Of a DNA stretch of 50,085 bases, positions 28,601-36,128 are shown piece by piece. The notes beneath the pieces were generated by a model. The model was given only the letters and a program-made list of their open reading frames with translations. It made no database searches and was not told the origin of the DNA. The stretch is from Eubacteriales bacterium (GTDB lineage: Bacteria; Bacillota; Clostridia; Oscillospirales; SIG627), in NCBI GenBank assembly GCA_045580105.1, contig JAZNNH010000036.1, positions 1 through 50,085 on the forward strand, written 5' to 3'. The position numbers and the translations under genes are program-made. Positions within the stretch are counted from its first letter, which is position 1; every line of letters starts with the position of its first letter.

Positions 28601-29299
28601 ATGGAGAATAAGAGAACAACTGCCTCGTTTCGCCTGCTTTTCCTCATTGTATCTCCCAAATTGGGACTTCTGGCAGAGCCGCTGTTCGCCCGAGAAAAAA
28701 TCCCCGAGCAGGCACACGTGTTTGCCAAAGGAACGGCTTCCGGCGAATTGCAAGATCTTCTGGGCTTGGGTGAGATTGATAAAACGGTCATTTTAACGTA
28801 TTTGCCCAAACAAAAAGCCGACCGTATGATGAGGGTGCTCAAAGAGGAACTGTATTTGGGAATGCCCGGCAGCGGGGTTGCTTTCACCGTGCCCTTGAAC
28901 GCGGCTTCCCTCGGAATTACCCACTTGATGGAACGAATCAAACAAGACTCTGAAGAGAATGAGGAAGATACCATGAAAAGTGATTATTCGATGATCTTAG
29001 CTTTTGTCAATCAAGGATATAGTGAAGAAGTGATGGCAGCGGCAAGAGGTGCCGGTGCCGGCGGCGGCACGGTCTTTCACACCCGCAGAGTCGGCAGTGA
29101 CGAAGCGCTTCAGTTCTGGGGCATCCACATTCAGGAAGAGCGCGAAATTGTTCTGATCCTGGCGCGCAAAGAGAAAAAGAGTGCCATTATGAACGCCATC
29201 AGCCAAAACTGCGGCGCGCGCAGCGAGGCGCACGGCATGGTCATTTCCATTCCAGTGGATGAAGTGGCAGGCCTGAGAAAAGAAATCGAAACAACATAA
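28601..29299 (+). CDS. Tandem PII-like (GlnB fold) regulator
   Basis: Two ~105 aa halves: AKGTA...PGSGVAFTVP and AARGAGAGGGT...EEREIVLI...GMVISIPV. Confidence 0.75.
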   Translation: MENKRTTASFRLLFLIVSPKLGLLAEPLFAREKIPEQAHVFAKGTASGELQDLLGLGEIDKTVILTYLPKQKADRMMRVLKEELYLGMPGSGVAFTVPLNAASLGITHLMERIKQDSEENEEDTMKSDYSMILAFVNQGYSEEVMAAARGAGAGGGTVFHTRRVGSDEALQFWGIHIQEEREIVLILARKEKKSAIMNAISQNCGARSEAHGMVISIPVDEVAGLRKEIETT

Positions 29300-29348
29300 G
29301 CCAATCGAGACGAATCGTTATATCAATTGAGAAAAAAAGGAAAAATCT

Positions 29349-30620
29349 ATGATACCTGCAATTATTATTTTTTCACTTACTTACGTATTGATGCTGACCT
29401 TTGCCAAATATCGCCACTATATCGCACTTGCCTCCGGCCTCATTTTCGTTGTGACCGGGCTCTTACCTCTTGATAAGATTTTCGGCAGCATCGACTTTAA
29501 CGTGATCCTGATGATCGCGGGAACGATGGGCTTGGTCGGTCTTTTTATCGAGAGCAAAATGCCGGCGCTGCTTGCCGACATTATGATGGAAAAAGTCCCG
29601 ACGGTGAAATGGGCGGCGGTTGCCCTTGCCCTGTTTGCGGGCGTGATCTCGGCATTTGTGGACAACGTTGCTACCGTTTTGATGGTGGCGCCGGTTGCAT
29701 TGGCGATCTGCCAAAAGCTCGGCACCAACCCCGTTCCGTTTATCATCGCCATTGCGGTTTCTTCCAATTTGCAGGGAGCCGCAACTTTGGTAGGCGACAC
29801 CACGGCGATCATGCTCGGTTCAGCGCTGGATATGAGCTTTGTTGAATTTTTCTGGTATCAGGGCAAACCCAGTATCTTTTTTGCCGTGGAGCTTGGTGCT
29901 GTGCTGGCTGCTTTGATTTTGCTTGTGATCTTCCGCAAGGACAACGGAAAGATCACAGGGCTGAATGACAGAACGAAGGTTACGGATTTTGTTCCCTCCT
30001 ATCTTTTGATCGCAATGTTGGTTCTTTTGATCGGGGCTTCCTTTGTTCCCAACAAGCCCGCCATCACCAACGGCTTGATCTGCTGCGTTCTGTTTGTGAT
30101 CGGACTGGTTTTCAAAGTGGTTCGCGAAAAAGAATTTGCTACGTCGCTGGAAACCTTGAAAGCCATCGACTTTGAAACCATCGGCATTTTGCTGGGTCTT
30201 TTCTTGATGATCGGCGGTATTTCGGCACAGGGCGTGATTGATGCCGTTGCCGGTCTTCTTGCCAAGGCAGGCGGCGGAAACGTCTTTATGCTTTACACCA
30301 TCGTTGTTTGGGCATCGGTTGTGATCTCTGCCTTTATCGATAACATCCCGTACGTGGCAACGATGATCCCCGTGATCGGCGGCATTGCGGCAAAGCTTGG
30401 GATCGACCCGACGCCCCTGTATTTCGGTCTGCTTTCGGGTGCGACCCTCGGCGGAAACTGCACCCCGATCGGAGCGAGTGCCAACATCACCGGCATCGGC
30501 ATTTTGAGAAGAAACGGCTACGAGGTCAAAAACAAAGACTTCTTCCAAATCGGAATTCCCTTTACCCTTGCCGCGATTATCCCTGCCTATATCTACATTT
30601 GGCTGGTATACGGCATCTGA
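29349..30620 (+). CDS. ArsB/NhaD (ion transporter superfamily) permease
   Basis: ISAFVDNVATV, SNLQGAATLVGD, ISAFIDNIP, GGNCTPIGASAN. Confidence 0.85.
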   Translation: MIPAIIIFSLTYVLMLTFAKYRHYIALASGLIFVVTGLLPLDKIFGSIDFNVILMIAGTMGLVGLFIESKMPALLADIMMEKVPTVKWAAVALALFAGVISAFVDNVATVLMVAPVALAICQKLGTNPVPFIIAIAVSSNLQGAATLVGDTTAIMLGSALDMSFVEFFWYQGKPSIFFAVELGAVLAALILLVIFRKDNGKITGLNDRTKVTDFVPSYLLIAMLVLLIGASFVPNKPAITNGLICCVLFVIGLVFKVVREKEFATSLETLKAIDFETIGILLGLFLMIGGISAQGVIDAVAGLLAKAGGGNVFMLYTIVVWASVVISAFIDNIPYVATMIPVIGGIAAKLGIDPTPLYFGLLSGATLGGNCTPIGASANITGIGILRRNGYEVKNKDFFQIGIPFTLAAIIPAYIYIWLVYGI

Positions 30621-30631
30621 TCAACAAAAAC

Positions 30632-30660
30632 AAAAAAGACACCGAACGGTGTCTTTTTTT
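30632..30660. terminator. Bidirectional intrinsic terminator
   Basis: AAAAAAGACACC-gaac-GGTGTCTTTTTT between convergent genes. Confidence 0.8.
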
Positions 30661-30692
30661 CTTTGGGAGAAGAGCTTAATCAAGGGGATTTG

Positions 30693-31181
30693 TTATATCG
30701 TCTGCAAAAAAGCATCGGCATCCTCTCTTGACTTAAATAGGATTACCTGCTTGCTTTTTTCGTACTGTTTAAGCAGTTGATAGATTTTCGGCAGGATGTC
30801 AGTCGAAAACGCTTCGATGGATTTTTTAAAATCCGGGGATAGTTCTGTTTCCATCCACGGCAAATCGCGCCGATCTTTTCCAAGCCGCTCGATTGCGCCT
30901 TGTATGCAAACCTTAGTTGGTAAATCAAAAAGAAAAACGGTGTCGCTCGCTTGCAATCGCATTTCAAGGGTTCGTTGATAATTGCCGTCTATGATCCATT
31001 GTGGCGTATCCAATATACTTACCATTGTTTTGTCAAAATCTTCTCTTGTAAGATGCGTTTTGTCCGGCTTGTGCCATATCGCATCCAAATGGTACAAGGG
31101 AAGACCCGTTGCTTTATTTAATTTTTCTGCAAACGTTGTTTTGCCGCTACCGGGGCAACCGATTACGATCACTTTTTGCAT
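30693..31181 (-). CDS. P-loop adenylate kinase-like / FlaR (topology modulation) family protein
   Basis: MQKVIVIGCPGSGKTT, LYHLDAIW, WIIDGNY; true start at 31181 (the longer ORF overlaps a tRNA). Confidence 0.85.
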   Translation of the reverse strand: MQKVIVIGCPGSGKTTFAEKLNKATGLPLYHLDAIWHKPDKTHLTREDFDKTMVSILDTPQWIIDGNYQRTLEMRLQASDTVFLFDLPTKVCIQGAIERLGKDRRDLPWMETELSPDFKKSIEAFSTDILPKIYQLLKQYEKSKQVILFKSREDADAFLQTI

Positions 31182-31245
31182 CTTCTGTTTCCTTGTCTTC
31201 TGACTTGTTGTTCTGATAATACCATAGATTTTTACAAATTTCAAC

Positions 31246-31257
31246 GGCACAAGGACT
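31246..31257 (-). repeat. 12-bp direct repeat of the tRNA-Trp 3' half (att-like)
   Basis: GGCACAAGGACT at 31246-31257 is identical to 31371-31382 inside tRNA-Trp. Confidence 0.6.
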
Positions 31258-31321
31258 GCAGTTCGCGTTGACCTCGCTTCATCCGCTCCCGCGTGCCTGC
31301 GGGTTCGAGCACATATACAAA

Positions 31322-31368
31322 TGCCAAAACAAAAAGACACCACTTTCGTGGTGTCTTTTGTTTTGGCA
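31322..31368 (-). terminator. Terminator hairpin downstream of the tRNA pair
   Basis: TGCCAAAACAAAAAGACACCAC-tttc-GTGGTGTCTTTTGTTTTGGCA. Confidence 0.75.
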
Positions 31369-31439
31369 GGGGCACAAGGACTTGAACCCTGGGCACGCGG
31401 TTTTGGAGACCGCTGCTCTACCAACTGAGCTATACCCCT
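31364..31439 (-). tRNA. tRNA-Trp (CCA)
   Basis: AGGGGTATAGCTCAGTTGGTAGAGCAGCGGTCTCCAAAACCGCG...GGTTCAAGTCC...CCTGCCA; 76 nt. Confidence 0.97.
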
Positions 31440-31448
31440 ATATATGTG

Positions 31449-31525
31449 TGGTGGGCCTTCAGGGACTTGAACCCCGGACCGACCGGTTATGAGCCGGCTG
31501 CTCTGACCAACTGAGCTAAAGGCCC
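31449..31525 (-). tRNA. tRNA with CAT anticodon, most likely tRNA-Ile2 (lysidine)
   Basis: GGGCCTTTAGCTCAGTTGGTCAGAGCAGCCGGCTCATAACCGG...CCACCA; resembles Bacillota Ile2; no initiator features. Confidence 0.9.
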
Positions 31526-31549
31526 ATATTCACAAAATTTGCAAGCCAT

Positions 31550-31578
31550 AGTATAACAAAAAAAAGCCCTTTTGTCAA
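31550..31578 (-). promoter_or_regulatory. Promoter of the tRNA pair
   Basis: Minus strand TTGACA (31578-31573), 17 nt spacer, TATACT (31555-31550). Confidence 0.8.
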
Positions 31579-31617
31579 GGGCTTTTTTGCTTTTGTTTGG
31601 GAGTGTTGTTTTTCCGA

Positions 31618-33468
31618 TCAATCCGGCCAACGACGCGTGTTGGCTTTCGGTGCGCTCTTGGGTTTCGGAGTGCTTGCGGGGCGAGCGCGGTAGGTCTGGC
31701 GAGGGGGAACGTTCGGATTGGCATGAGCGGGCGCTTTGTGCGAGGCGGGTCTGGGCTGCCCTGCATTTGCGGGGCGGGGAGCGACCCGATACCGTTCGGC
31801 ACGCGGGGCGGCGGGCGCCCTTCTTTCTGCCACGGGAGGTCTTTGTGTGCTCCGGCGGGCAGGAGGTGAGTCGGCAGGGGAGTGGTAGGGAGCCCGATGC
31901 TCTTTGCGGTATTTTTCCGGCACTTTGGCAACGGCTTTGCGCGGCGGCGCGCTTCGGTAGTGGGCGGTTTCCTTGGTTTCTTCATCGCCGGAAAGCACGC
32001 GGTATCCTTCTCGGATGGCAATTTTTACGCGGTGAAGCCGCGCTTGGGAAGCTTTTTTCTCTTCCATGCGCACCTTTTTCATGCGCTGCTTTTCCTGCTC
32101 GTTGATTTCTTTGATGGCAAGATTTTTGGCTTGGTTTTTACGGGCATACTGAACCCAAACCGTTCCGATGAGAATGAGAACGTACAAAACGGCGGCACAG
32201 ATCACCAGAATCAGAACGACTTTTGCCGGTCCTTGAGAAAAGAACCCGAGAACGGCATCCCACATCACGAGCCATCGGGAAAGACCGATGTTGGTTTGTG
32301 CCACCAAGGGAACGCTGGCAAGGATCTGACCGCGATACAGGACGTCGAGCGTTCCGTATTCTTTCCCCTCAATGATGGGGGCACTGAAGGTTTGTTTTTC
32401 GGTTTTGATTTCGTACGTGATTTCGGATTCCAAATCTTCCGCGATCGGGAGCAGTTCGAAAAGCTCTCGTCCGGTGACCAGAATCACGTGGTCAACGCCT
32501 GCGCCCAAGCGCACGTTCTTTTCGCAAATGACCTTGCCTTTCGGTAGAATCTGACGGATTGAGAACGTGCTCTCCGCCCATTCCAAAAGGGCTTTGGCAT
32601 CCCGATAGGAGGAAATATCTCTTTGATTTTTCGCTTCACTTCGGTCTTCCCCTCCCGAAACGAGGGCAAAATAGGTGGCATCTGCTTTTTGATGCACTGT
32701 TGCCACGCAGTAGCCGGCACCCGAAGTGTAGCCGGCGGCCATGCCGCGCGCACCCTTCATATAATAATCGGTCACGTAAGAGTAGGGAATGAGGGCGTTT
32801 TTGTTGGTGTAGGTGCGTTCTTTGCTGAGGTTGGTGGCGGGAATGGTGATTTTCGGTGTTTCCGAAAGAATCATAAAATCGTTGACTCGATACAGAGCGG
32901 TGCAAAGAGTCAGGGTGTCGCGCAGAGTGGAATACATCACGGCGGAATCGACGCCGGTGGGGTTGGCGTAATAGGTGTGCTCCATTCCGAGCGCTTTGGC
33001 GCGTTCGTTCATTTTTTCCACGAAAGCGGAGATGTTTCCGCCCACCACGGATGCCAACACCAGGGCGGCATCGTTGGCGTTTTGCACCACAAGCCCTGCC
33101 AAAAGATCGTCGAAGGTCAAAGTCTCGCCCTCTTGCAGCTTCATGGAAGTTCCGCCGGCAGAAGAGAGCATTTCCGCGGTGACGGTGACGTTGACGTTAC
33201 CTGCTGTGGCGCGATATTCATAGCACAAAAGCGCCGTCATCAGTTTGGTAAAAGCAGCGGGGTAGATGCGGGCATCGGCGTTCTTTTCGTAAAGCAACTG
33301 CTCCGACTGAGGATTGAACAAAATAGCGGCGTTACTGGCAACTTCCGGCACGGTGACGGGTTCGGGTGTCTGCGGCACCTCTGCGGGCTGGGCAAACACG
33401 AGGAAAGGCGGCAGCAACAAAACTGCCGCAAAAAGGCCACACAAAACGGATAAAAGCCCTTTTTTCAT
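31618..33468 (-). CDS. Peptidase S11 (DD-carboxypeptidase) fold protein, predicted catalytically inactive
   Basis: Signal peptide; YPAAFTKLMT, NANDAA, FVEKMNERAKALGM..T.YANPTG, GMAAGYT; PBP5 C-terminal domain, TM, basic tail; ATG 33468 after GAAGGA. Confidence 0.85.
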   Translation of the reverse strand: MKKGLLSVLCGLFAAVLLLPPFLVFAQPAEVPQTPEPVTVPEVASNAAILFNPQSEQLLYEKNADARIYPAAFTKLMTALLCYEYRATAGNVNVTVTAEMLSSAGGTSMKLQEGETLTFDDLLAGLVVQNANDAALVLASVVGGNISAFVEKMNERAKALGMEHTYYANPTGVDSAVMYSTLRDTLTLCTALYRVNDFMILSETPKITIPATNLSKERTYTNKNALIPYSYVTDYYMKGARGMAAGYTSGAGYCVATVHQKADATYFALVSGGEDRSEAKNQRDISSYRDAKALLEWAESTFSIRQILPKGKVICEKNVRLGAGVDHVILVTGRELFELLPIAEDLESEITYEIKTEKQTFSAPIIEGKEYGTLDVLYRGQILASVPLVAQTNIGLSRWLVMWDAVLGFFSQGPAKVVLILVICAAVLYVLILIGTVWVQYARKNQAKNLAIKEINEQEKQRMKKVRMEEKKASQARLHRVKIAIREGYRVLSGDEETKETAHYRSAPPRKAVAKVPEKYRKEHRAPYHSPADSPPARRSTQRPPVAERRAPAAPRAERYRVAPRPANAGQPRPASHKAPAHANPNVPPRQTYRARPASTPKPKSAPKANTRRWPD

Positions 33469-34376
33469 ATCTGTTCCTTCCACCACGTTAAAACTTGTTC
33501 CCGATCCTTGCGGATCTGTTCGGTCAATTCCTCCAAGGAGGAAAATTGAATTTCGGGACGGATAAATCGGTAAAATGCGACTTGGACGGTCTTGCCGTAA
33601 AGATCGCCCGAGAAGTCGAATAGATGCGTTTCTGCTAAAATTCGGTTATCCTGATCGACCGTGGGACGGCTTCCCACGTTGCAAATGCCGTTATATTCGG
33701 CACCGTCCCAATTCATACGGACGGCATAAACGCCCCTCTTCGGGACAACGTATTCTTCGGGGAACGCTTGGTTGAGGGTGGGAAATCCGATTTTCGTTCC
33801 CAAATGCTTTCCGTGCAAAACCGGAAAACGGATCGAATAGGGTCTTCCCAGCAAAGCGTTGGCTTCCTCTAAGCGTCCTTCGGAAAGCAGGGTGCGGATT
33901 CGGGTGGAGGAAACGGGTTCCTGCCCGATGCAGACCGGATTTTCCACGATCACTTCCACGCCGAAGGCGCTTAAATATTGTTTTAAAAAGTCAGCGGTTC
34001 CGGCACCGTTTTTGCCGAAGCGGAAGTTGTAGCCGCAAAAGATTTTCTTGGCATACAACTGCCCGATCAAAATCTTCCGGCAAAATTCTTCGGGAGAAAG
34101 ACCCCGCACGCGCTCAAAATCTTCCAGAATCAAGTGCCCGATCCCGATGTCCGAGATCAGTCGTTCCTTGTCAAACAGGGAAATGATGTTGCCGGAGGCA
34201 AACGAGCCCTTTAAAATGTGTTCCGGATGGGTACGGAAGCTCCACACCAAAGAAACAAGTCCGTCTTCTTTTGCTTGACGAACGCAGTTTTCGAGAATTT
34301 TGCGGTGTCCTAAATGGATTCCGTCAAAATTTCCCAGAGCTACGCAAGTGCCGCGAGCTGATTTGAAATGTTGCAT
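33465..34376 (-). CDS. ribF: Bifunctional riboflavin kinase/FAD synthetase
   Basis: GNFDGIHLGH, GYNFRFG, SSTRIR, GFPTLN, GSRPT, ETHLFDF. Confidence 0.96.
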   Translation of the reverse strand: MQHFKSARGTCVALGNFDGIHLGHRKILENCVRQAKEDGLVSLVWSFRTHPEHILKGSFASGNIISLFDKERLISDIGIGHLILEDFERVRGLSPEEFCRKILIGQLYAKKIFCGYNFRFGKNGAGTADFLKQYLSAFGVEVIVENPVCIGQEPVSSTRIRTLLSEGRLEEANALLGRPYSIRFPVLHGKHLGTKIGFPTLNQAFPEEYVVPKRGVYAVRMNWDGAEYNGICNVGSRPTVDQDNRILAETHLFDFSGDLYGKTVQVAFYRFIRPEIQFSSLEELTEQIRKDREQVLTWWKEQI

Positions 34377-34407
34377 AAGCAGTCCTTAATTTCCAGCAGT
34401 CCTTGAT

Positions 34408-34920
34408 TTACGCCTCGGTTACAAAATAAACTTCTTTCATCACCTGGTCCAGAACGGGACGGTCGGAAAAGTCGGTCTGAACGTCGGCAATGGCGTCCAC
34501 GGTTTCGATGCCCTCGACAAGCTCGCCGAACGCGGCGTAGCTACCGTCCAAGTGGGGGGCGTCTTCGTGCATAATGAAAAACTGGCTTCCCGCAGAGTCG
34601 GGTGCCATCGAACGCGCCATGGAAAGGACGCCTCTTTTGTGTTTCAAGTCGTTTTTGACACCGTTGGCGGCAAACTCGCCCTTGATGGTCCAACCGGGAC
34701 CGCCGGTTCCGATGCCCTTGGGGTCACCGCCCTGAATCATAAAGCCGGGGATGACGCGGTGGAAAATCAGTCCGTTATAAAAGCCGCCGTCGACCAGCTT
34801 CTGGAAATTTGCGACGGTGATCGGTGCGATTTCGGGATAGAGCTTGGCAACCATTTCATCGCCGCTTTCCATTACGAACTTTACGAAATTGGTTTTTTCT
34901 TCACTTTTTACGAATGCCAT
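34408..34920 (-). CDS. Cyclophilin-type peptidyl-prolyl isomerase, cytoplasmic
   Basis: [45 protein letters not shown]. Confidence 0.95.
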   Translation of the reverse strand: MAFVKSEEKTNFVKFVMESGDEMVAKLYPEIAPITVANFQKLVDGGFYNGLIFHRVIPGFMIQGGDPKGIGTGGPGWTIKGEFAANGVKNDLKHKRGVLSMARSMAPDSAGSQFFIMHEDAPHLDGSYAAFGELVEGIETVDAIADVQTDFSDRPVLDQVMKEVYFVTEA

Positions 34921-34949
34921 GGGAGTTCTCCTTTTTTGTTTCTCTTTTC

Positions 34950-35588
34950 TTATTCTGCGCTCGTCTGCTCGGCAGGGCTTTCTTCTACGAAAAAGACCGC
35001 TTGCATCACTTGCTTTTCTACAGGGGTTTCGCCTGCAACCAGACAGGTGGCGATTTCATCCACTACGTCCATGCCCTTGACCACTTTTCCGAAGGCAGCG
35101 TAACTGCCGTCCAAGTGCGGTGCGGCTTTGTGCATGATGAAAAATTGGCTACCTGCGGAGTTGGGGTCGTTGGCTCTTGCCATAGAAATAACACCGCGCG
35201 CATGTTTTAAATTGTTTTCAAATCCGTTGGAGGCAAATTCTCCATCAATGCTCCAACCGGGGTCACCGAAGCCCGTTCCGTCCGGGCAGCCGCCTTGGAT
35301 CATAAAGCCCTTGATGACACGGTGGAAAATGAGTCCGTCATAAAATTTTTGCCCGACCAGCTTCTGAAAGTTTGCGACGGTTTTGGGTGCGGTTTCGGGG
35401 TCAAGCTCTACTATGATGCACTTGCCCGTATCCATTTGCATGCAAACCAGATTCGTGACCTCATCTGTGGCGGCAAAGCCATCGGGAAGTCCTGCGTTTT
35501 CCGTTTCTTCCTTTGCACTGCAAGCGGCAAAGGAGAAGAGAAAGAGTGCCGTGAGCAAAAGGCAGAGGATAGATTTTGTGGATTTCAT
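34950..35588 (-). CDS. Cyclophilin-type peptidyl-prolyl isomerase, lipoprotein
   Basis: Lipobox FAAC; [31 protein letters not shown]. Confidence 0.92.
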   Translation of the reverse strand: MKSTKSILCLLLTALFLFSFAACSAKEETENAGLPDGFAATDEVTNLVCMQMDTGKCIIVELDPETAPKTVANFQKLVGQKFYDGLIFHRVIKGFMIQGGCPDGTGFGDPGWSIDGEFASNGFENNLKHARGVISMARANDPNSAGSQFFIMHKAAPHLDGSYAAFGKVVKGMDVVDEIATCLVAGETPVEKQVMQAVFFVEESPAEQTSAE

Positions 35589-35920
35589 CGATAATATTTG
35601 AAGTAACAAACGATACTTCTCTCCTTTTTCTGAATTTCGTCGTATCCGGTGAAAATGACGCCGTCGTGGCTCATCAATTCCCCCGATTGCACGTCTTCGT
35701 CGCGGGATTTGAAAATGGATGCGGTTTCGCTGTTCACGAACACCCAGCCCGCCTTGACACAGATATAAGCGTCTTTACAAAGCACGATATCCCCGGTTTC
35801 GAGCCGTTCGGTGACGTATTTTAGGATTTTACTGTCATACTTTGCCGCGGCTTCCCGACGGTAGGCGGGGGAAGCATAATAGCGGTCGGGGAACAGTTTT
35901 TGGTATATTTTTTTAAACAT
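35585..35920 (-). CDS. Hypothetical protein
   Basis: ATG 35920; overlaps the cyclophilin start by 4 nt. Confidence 0.6.
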   Translation of the reverse strand: MFKKIYQKLFPDRYYASPAYRREAAAKYDSKILKYVTERLETGDIVLCKDAYICVKAGWVFVNSETASIFKSRDEDVQSGELMSHDGVIFTGYDEIQKKERSIVCYFKYYR

Positions 35921-36031
35921 AATATTATTATAAATTCTTTCCCGAAACGTGTCAAGGCAAGGATGGAAAAAAGAAAGAAAACGCACAGGAAAAGAAAGGG
36001 GAAGAAAATGGGGATTTTTCGGGCTCTTTTC

Positions 36032-36060
36032 TTGACAATTTGCGGGAAAATGTGTATTAT
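36032..36060 (+). promoter_or_regulatory. Promoter of the pot operon
   Basis: TTGACA, 17 nt spacer, TATTAT. Confidence 0.7.
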
Positions 36061-36128
36061 TATCTTGCTATTTTATGCGGTGCATTCTTTTTTTTGAAAA
36101 AAGAGCACAAAAGTCAGGAGGTAGATAA

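Noticed and set aside
31182-31424. N-terminal extension of the FlaR-like ORF
   Set aside because: Runs through tRNA-Trp and its terminator; the real start is MQKVIVIG at 31181.
31449-31525. Initiator or elongator tRNA-Met call
   Set aside because: It lacks the C1:A72 mismatch and GGG/CCC anticodon stem of fMet; the sequence better resembles tRNA-Ile2, although elongator Met is not fully excluded.
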